The notes beneath the pieces were generated by a model. That model had not been told where the DNA came from. It was given only the letters and a program-made list of their open reading frames with translations, and ran no database searches. A stretch of 32,000 nucleotides of DNA from Candidatus Kuenenia stuttgartensis (GTDB lineage Bacteria > Planctomycetota > Brocadiia > Brocadiales > Brocadiaceae), in contig NZ_LT934425.1 in the NCBI RefSeq assembly GCF_900232105.1, positions 4,140,001 through 4,172,000 of the forward strand. Reading direction: 5' to 3'. Made by a program: the position numbers and the translations under genes. This document shows, one piece after another, positions 28,393 to 32,000 of the stretch (positions are counted from its first letter, which is position 1; every line of letters begins with the position of its first letter).

Positions 28393-29475
28393 CTATCATT
28401 TTGTGAATAAAAAGCTATAGCTTTATGCAGTGAAAAACATGTACAATTTGCTTCCACTGTATTTGATGTATAGGAATTTCAATATTTTTAGTTAAGCAAT
28501 GCATAAACCCACCCCCTGCCCCTCCCAGGAGGGGAATTTGATAAGTCCCCTCCTGGGAGGGGATTGAGGGCATAAGCGCTAACTTGTTTTAGGTATGCTC
28601 GAAGTATTTTGATATCTGTGTTTTTCGGATTCTTGTATTTTCTGCTAAAGAACAAGCAATGTCATTCCAGCACTTAAGAACTTCCTGTAATGATAACGCT
28701 GGTTCTATAGCCCGTTTTACTTGATTAAGCATAAAAGCAAATTCACGCCATTTGCTTTTAGTCTTCTTGCTTGACAATGAAGTATCCCCAGGGGGAAAAA
28801 GACGTAGCAAAATCTATTAGTTTTTCTGTCAAAAGAGCAACGAATAGTTTGCCATAAAGCCAAGCTTTTGAGCTATCATCATCGTATTTAGGTAAGTGTC
28901 CAAATTGTGCTATTTGTTTAAATCTTTTAAAGACCAGTTCAATTTGCCATCGAACTCGATACCATTCTAAGATATCAAAAGCGGTAAATTGATTTTCAGG
29001 AAACGTTGTGAATACTATTACGTACTTGGCATAAATAAGGGTCTCCGGTTTTAGTTCAATGCCCTTTTTGCTTGCATGTCTTTTAAGTTTTTTATGAGCT
29101 ATTTTAATGGCTTCTTCTGTTTTGCGTATTATACAAAGACGACCTTTGACATATTCAGTATTATCAACGTTTGGAATAAAAACGTTCCATGATTTTATAG
29201 CAAGGGGTCTTTTTAAATATTGGATTTCTTTCAATAAAGGAAAGGGTTTCTTTTCTTCGCCGAATATCCGTAGAGATTGCGAATTAACTCTAACGCTAAG
29301 ATAAGCGCCTTTCCTTGTTGCATGATGAATTCCTTGGCCAGTACAGTAACCTCTGTCAGCTATAATATAATCATCTTTTTTCATCGGAAACTGCCGAAAA
29401 GATTCTCCTGTGCCTTCTCCTTCAGTTCCCGTAAGTTTAAAGAAATCGCAAGATAATGAAGGAACCTCAATACTA

Positions 29476-30601
29476 TAGTAAAAAGCATTTATTTTTATAA
29501 AAATCTGTTTTTTTCTTGCATTTGAATTGTTTCTAGAGTATTAAATTCTGCATGAATCCATTTCTCAGTGAAAAAACCCGAATAGAATTTAAAAAAGCAC
29601 ATAAGAAAGAGCCTCATAGACGTCATGCCGACCGAATCAAAGCTATACTTCTTCTTGATTCAGGATGGAGTTATGAAAAAGTAGCAGAGGCGCTCTTGTT
29701 AGACGATCAAACAATCAGGAATTACGAAAAACTATACAAAGATAAAGGTTTTGACGGGCTTTTATCTGACAATTATATTGGCTGTGTGCCAAAACTCACC
29801 TGCGAACAAGAAGAACAATTAAAAGATCATATCAGGAAAAACAACTATAGTGCGGCAAAAGAAATTGTTGAATATGTAAAACAGACATTCAATAAAATCT
29901 ATACACCCGAAGGAATGGTACATACCCTCGATAGATTAGGCTTTACTTACAAGAAAACTACAATAGTTCCAGGCAAAGCAAACCCTGAAAAACAAAAAGA
30001 ATTTATCGAAAACTACAAACAACTCAAAGAAGAGAAAGCCCCTGGAGATAAGATACTTTTTATGGATGGAGTTCATCCACAGCACAATTCTACGTCTGCA
30101 TATTGCTGGATAGAGAAAGGCAAAAAGAAGGAAATACCCTCTAATACCGGCAGGAAAAGAATAAATTTAAACGGGGCTATTGACATAGAAACCTTTGAAG
30201 TAACAATCCGGGAAGATGAAAGCATCAATGCTCAATCAACAATAAAGCTTTTCCATGAAATAGAGTCAAGGTATGCTCAAGCCGGTACTATTTACATAAT
30301 CTCTGATAATGCTAAATATTACAGGTCTAAGTTGGTCAAAGAATACCTTGCAAATTCGAGAATAAAGATCAAATTTCTCCCTTCCTATTCGCCCAATTTA
30401 AATCTCATTGAAAGATTATGGAAATTCTTTCGCAAAAAAATATTGTATAACAAGTATTATGATACTTATGAGAAGTTTAAAAACAAATGTTTAAGTTTTT
30501 TCAAAAATATTAACGAGTATACAGATGAATTGTCTACTCTTTTAACTGAAAATTTTCAAATTATTGGCGAGCAAATTTCGAAAATCTGATTTGTTTGACT
30601 A
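29476..30601 (+). mobile_element. IS630-family element (1126 bp)
   Basis: TA duplication at 29474-29475 and 30602-30603; ends TAGTAAAAAGC / TAGTCAAACAA. Removal restores copy-2-identical sequence CAATACTATAATGAATG. Confidence 0.94.
29552..30589 (+). CDS. IS630-family transposase
   Basis: 345 aa; HTH LLDSGWSYEKVAEALLLDDQTIRNYEK, ILFMDGVHPQHN, YIISDNAKYY, LPSYSPNLNLIERLWKFFRK. Confidence 0.95.
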   Translation: MNPFLSEKTRIEFKKAHKKEPHRRHADRIKAILLLDSGWSYEKVAEALLLDDQTIRNYEKLYKDKGFDGLLSDNYIGCVPKLTCEQEEQLKDHIRKNNYSAAKEIVEYVKQTFNKIYTPEGMVHTLDRLGFTYKKTTIVPGKANPEKQKEFIENYKQLKEEKAPGDKILFMDGVHPQHNSTSAYCWIEKGKKKEIPSNTGRKRINLNGAIDIETFEVTIREDESINAQSTIKLFHEIESRYAQAGTIYIISDNAKYYRSKLVKEYLANSRIKIKFLPSYSPNLNLIERLWKFFRKKILYNKYYDTYEKFKNKCLSFFKNINEYTDELSTLLTENFQIIGEQISKI

Positions 30602-31247
30602 TATAATGAATGCGCCAAAGACTTCCTGTTTTCCCAGGTTCCTTTACTGTTGTTGCATCAAATAAGCGAAGATGAAAATTATTCCGTTTATTAATTTGGA
30701 GGCCACGCTCACGGAATAAAGATAAACATAATTTATATAGCCATTCTTTGCTCTTTTTTAATCGCTTTAATAAGGCAACATCGGATAAATCTGCTAAGTT
30801 AGCACGCTTGGCTCGAACTACTGTTTCACGCAATGAATAGCCACATCCTAAATGAATTAATAATGTTCGAAGAAGCTTTTCTTCAGATTTATCCTTGCGC
30901 AAGCCTTTTAAAGCATTTGTATCAACGGCTAAACTTTTCCAATCGTTTGGGAAGAAAGTTCTTAGAAGATCCCAATCTTCTCTCATCATGGCTTTATCCT
31001 CCTATAGAGTGATTAGCGGGATAATTAATATAAAAATACCATGATGAATAAAATTTGTCAATAAAACAAGTTAGCGCTTATGGGGCACCGCCCCCGCAGC
31101 TCCTTATGAAGCAAATTATGTAATCGATCATTTTCTGAAAATTCTATGCTTTACCATCGTGCGTATCACCAATGAATTGCTGCCTTTCATCGGTGTTCAG
31201 GCAATTTGCAATGGTAATGAAAAGAATACACCGAAGTAAAATAATTT

Positions 31248-32000
31248 ATGGAAAACATACAAATAAATATTAACCATTTGTGGGTGATTATGGCGGCCTG
31301 CATGGTATTCCTGATGCAGTTGGGTTTTACCTCTTACGAAACCGGATTTTCCCAGTCCAAAAATGCCATCAGTATTGCATTGAGAAATCTCGTAGATACC
31401 CTTATCTCATCACTCGTTTTTTTCAGTGTGGGCTTTGGGTTCATGTTTGGCAAAAGCTACATGGGATTGATCGGAATAGATCTTTTCTTCGCAAATGATT
31501 TGGCATTGCATCCCAATACGTTATCGTATTCATTCTTTTTTTTCCAAATGGTCTTTGCATCCACAGCCGCCACAATATTAACAGGCGCCATAGCAGAACG
31601 CTCCGGTTTTATTCCCAATATAGCAGGTACCGCATTTATTGTTGCCATTATCTATCCAATCTTCGGGCACTGGGCATGGGGCAATCTCTTTTCCCCCGAT
31701 CAAACCGGCTGGTTAAAAGAATTGGGTTTTATTGATTTTGCAGGTGCAACGGTAGTACATTCCATCGGCGGCTGGTTTGCCATGGCGGCGGCTATAATGG
31801 TAGGGCCAAGAATAGACAAATACAATCCTGACGGATCTTCTAACCGGATTGGGTTACATAATGTACCACTAGCCACATTAGGCACTTTTTTTCTGTGGTT
31901 TGGTTGGTTTGGTTTTAACGGCGGAAGTCTTTTGAGAGTGAGCGCAAATATCGGATTGGTAATCCTGAATACGAACATGGCCGCCGCCTCTGCCGGGGTT
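31248..32000 (+). CDS. amt: Amt-family ammonium transporter, N-terminal part (truncated by the window end)
   Basis: MENIQINI..LGFTSYETGFSQSKNAISIALRNLVD, FAFASTAATILTGAIAERSGF-like segment, FGHWAWG, VVHSIGGWFAMAAAIMVGPR, LGTFFLWFGWFGFNGGS. Confidence 0.93.
   Translation, partial: MENIQININHLWVIMAACMVFLMQLGFTSYETGFSQSKNAISIALRNLVDTLISSLVFFSVGFGFMFGKSYMGLIGIDLFFANDLALHPNTLSYSFFFFQMVFASTAATILTGAIAERSGFIPNIAGTAFIVAIIYPIFGHWAWGNLFSPDQTGWLKELGFIDFAGATVVHSIGGWFAMAAAIMVGPRIDKYNPDGSSNRIGLHNVPLATLGTFFLWFGWFGFNGGSLLRVSANIGLVILNTNMAAASAGV

Larger units (their letters stand above)
28571..31082 (-). mobile_element. IS4-family element, copy 3, full length but interrupted by an IS630-family element
   Basis: Same termini as copy 2; length 2512 - 1126 (IS630) - 2 (TA) = 1384 bp, matching copy 2. 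Transposase pieces 30561-30989 and 28758-29384. No matching 11-bp flanks. Confidence 0.94.

Noticed and set aside
1-32000. tRNA, rRNA or other structured RNA genes
   Set aside because: No recognisable tRNA or rRNA core sequence found by eye; a tRNAscan/Infernal run would be decisive.

Overview
Bacterial accessory-rich window; gene content and the many short dispersed repeats suggest a planctomycete or anammox-like genome, but this is inference. Stable genes: a CPBP-type membrane protease, lpxD, lpxI and a DTW-domain protein (1.1-4.9 kb); a YbhG/F/S/R-like HlyD + 2 ATPase + 2 permease exporter operon on the minus strand (5.7-11.3 kb); an XRE-HTH/TM protein and a SagB/nitroreductase-like protein (26.7-28.2 kb); and the start of an Amt ammonium transporter (31.25 kb to the window edge). 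The 11.8-31.1 kb region is mostly mobile DNA. The main find is a multi-level nested insertion that can be resolved to the base. A frameshifted transposase gene (16103-17409, resuming at 24332) is split by an IS66-like element (17410-24323, 8-bp duplication ACAAAAAG). The IS66 transposase is split by a compact 4-gene transposon (18334-23518, ends TGCTA...TAGCA, 5-bp duplication CCAGG). That transposon is interrupted 10 bp from its terminus by an IS4-family element (18344-19727, 11-bp duplication GTGCTAAGCCC). The 4-gene transposon encodes a zinc-ribbon protein, a Mu/TnsB-type DDE transposase (degenerate), an ExeA/TnsC-like ATPase and a small DnaG-like CxxC zinc-finger protein. It has no recognisable TniQ and no cas gene, and it is the best candidate for an under-described system. 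Other finds: an 88-bp MITE whose ends match the IS630-family element at 29476-30601, a toxin remnant fused in frame to an antitoxin, and a type IIG restriction enzyme C-terminal relic.
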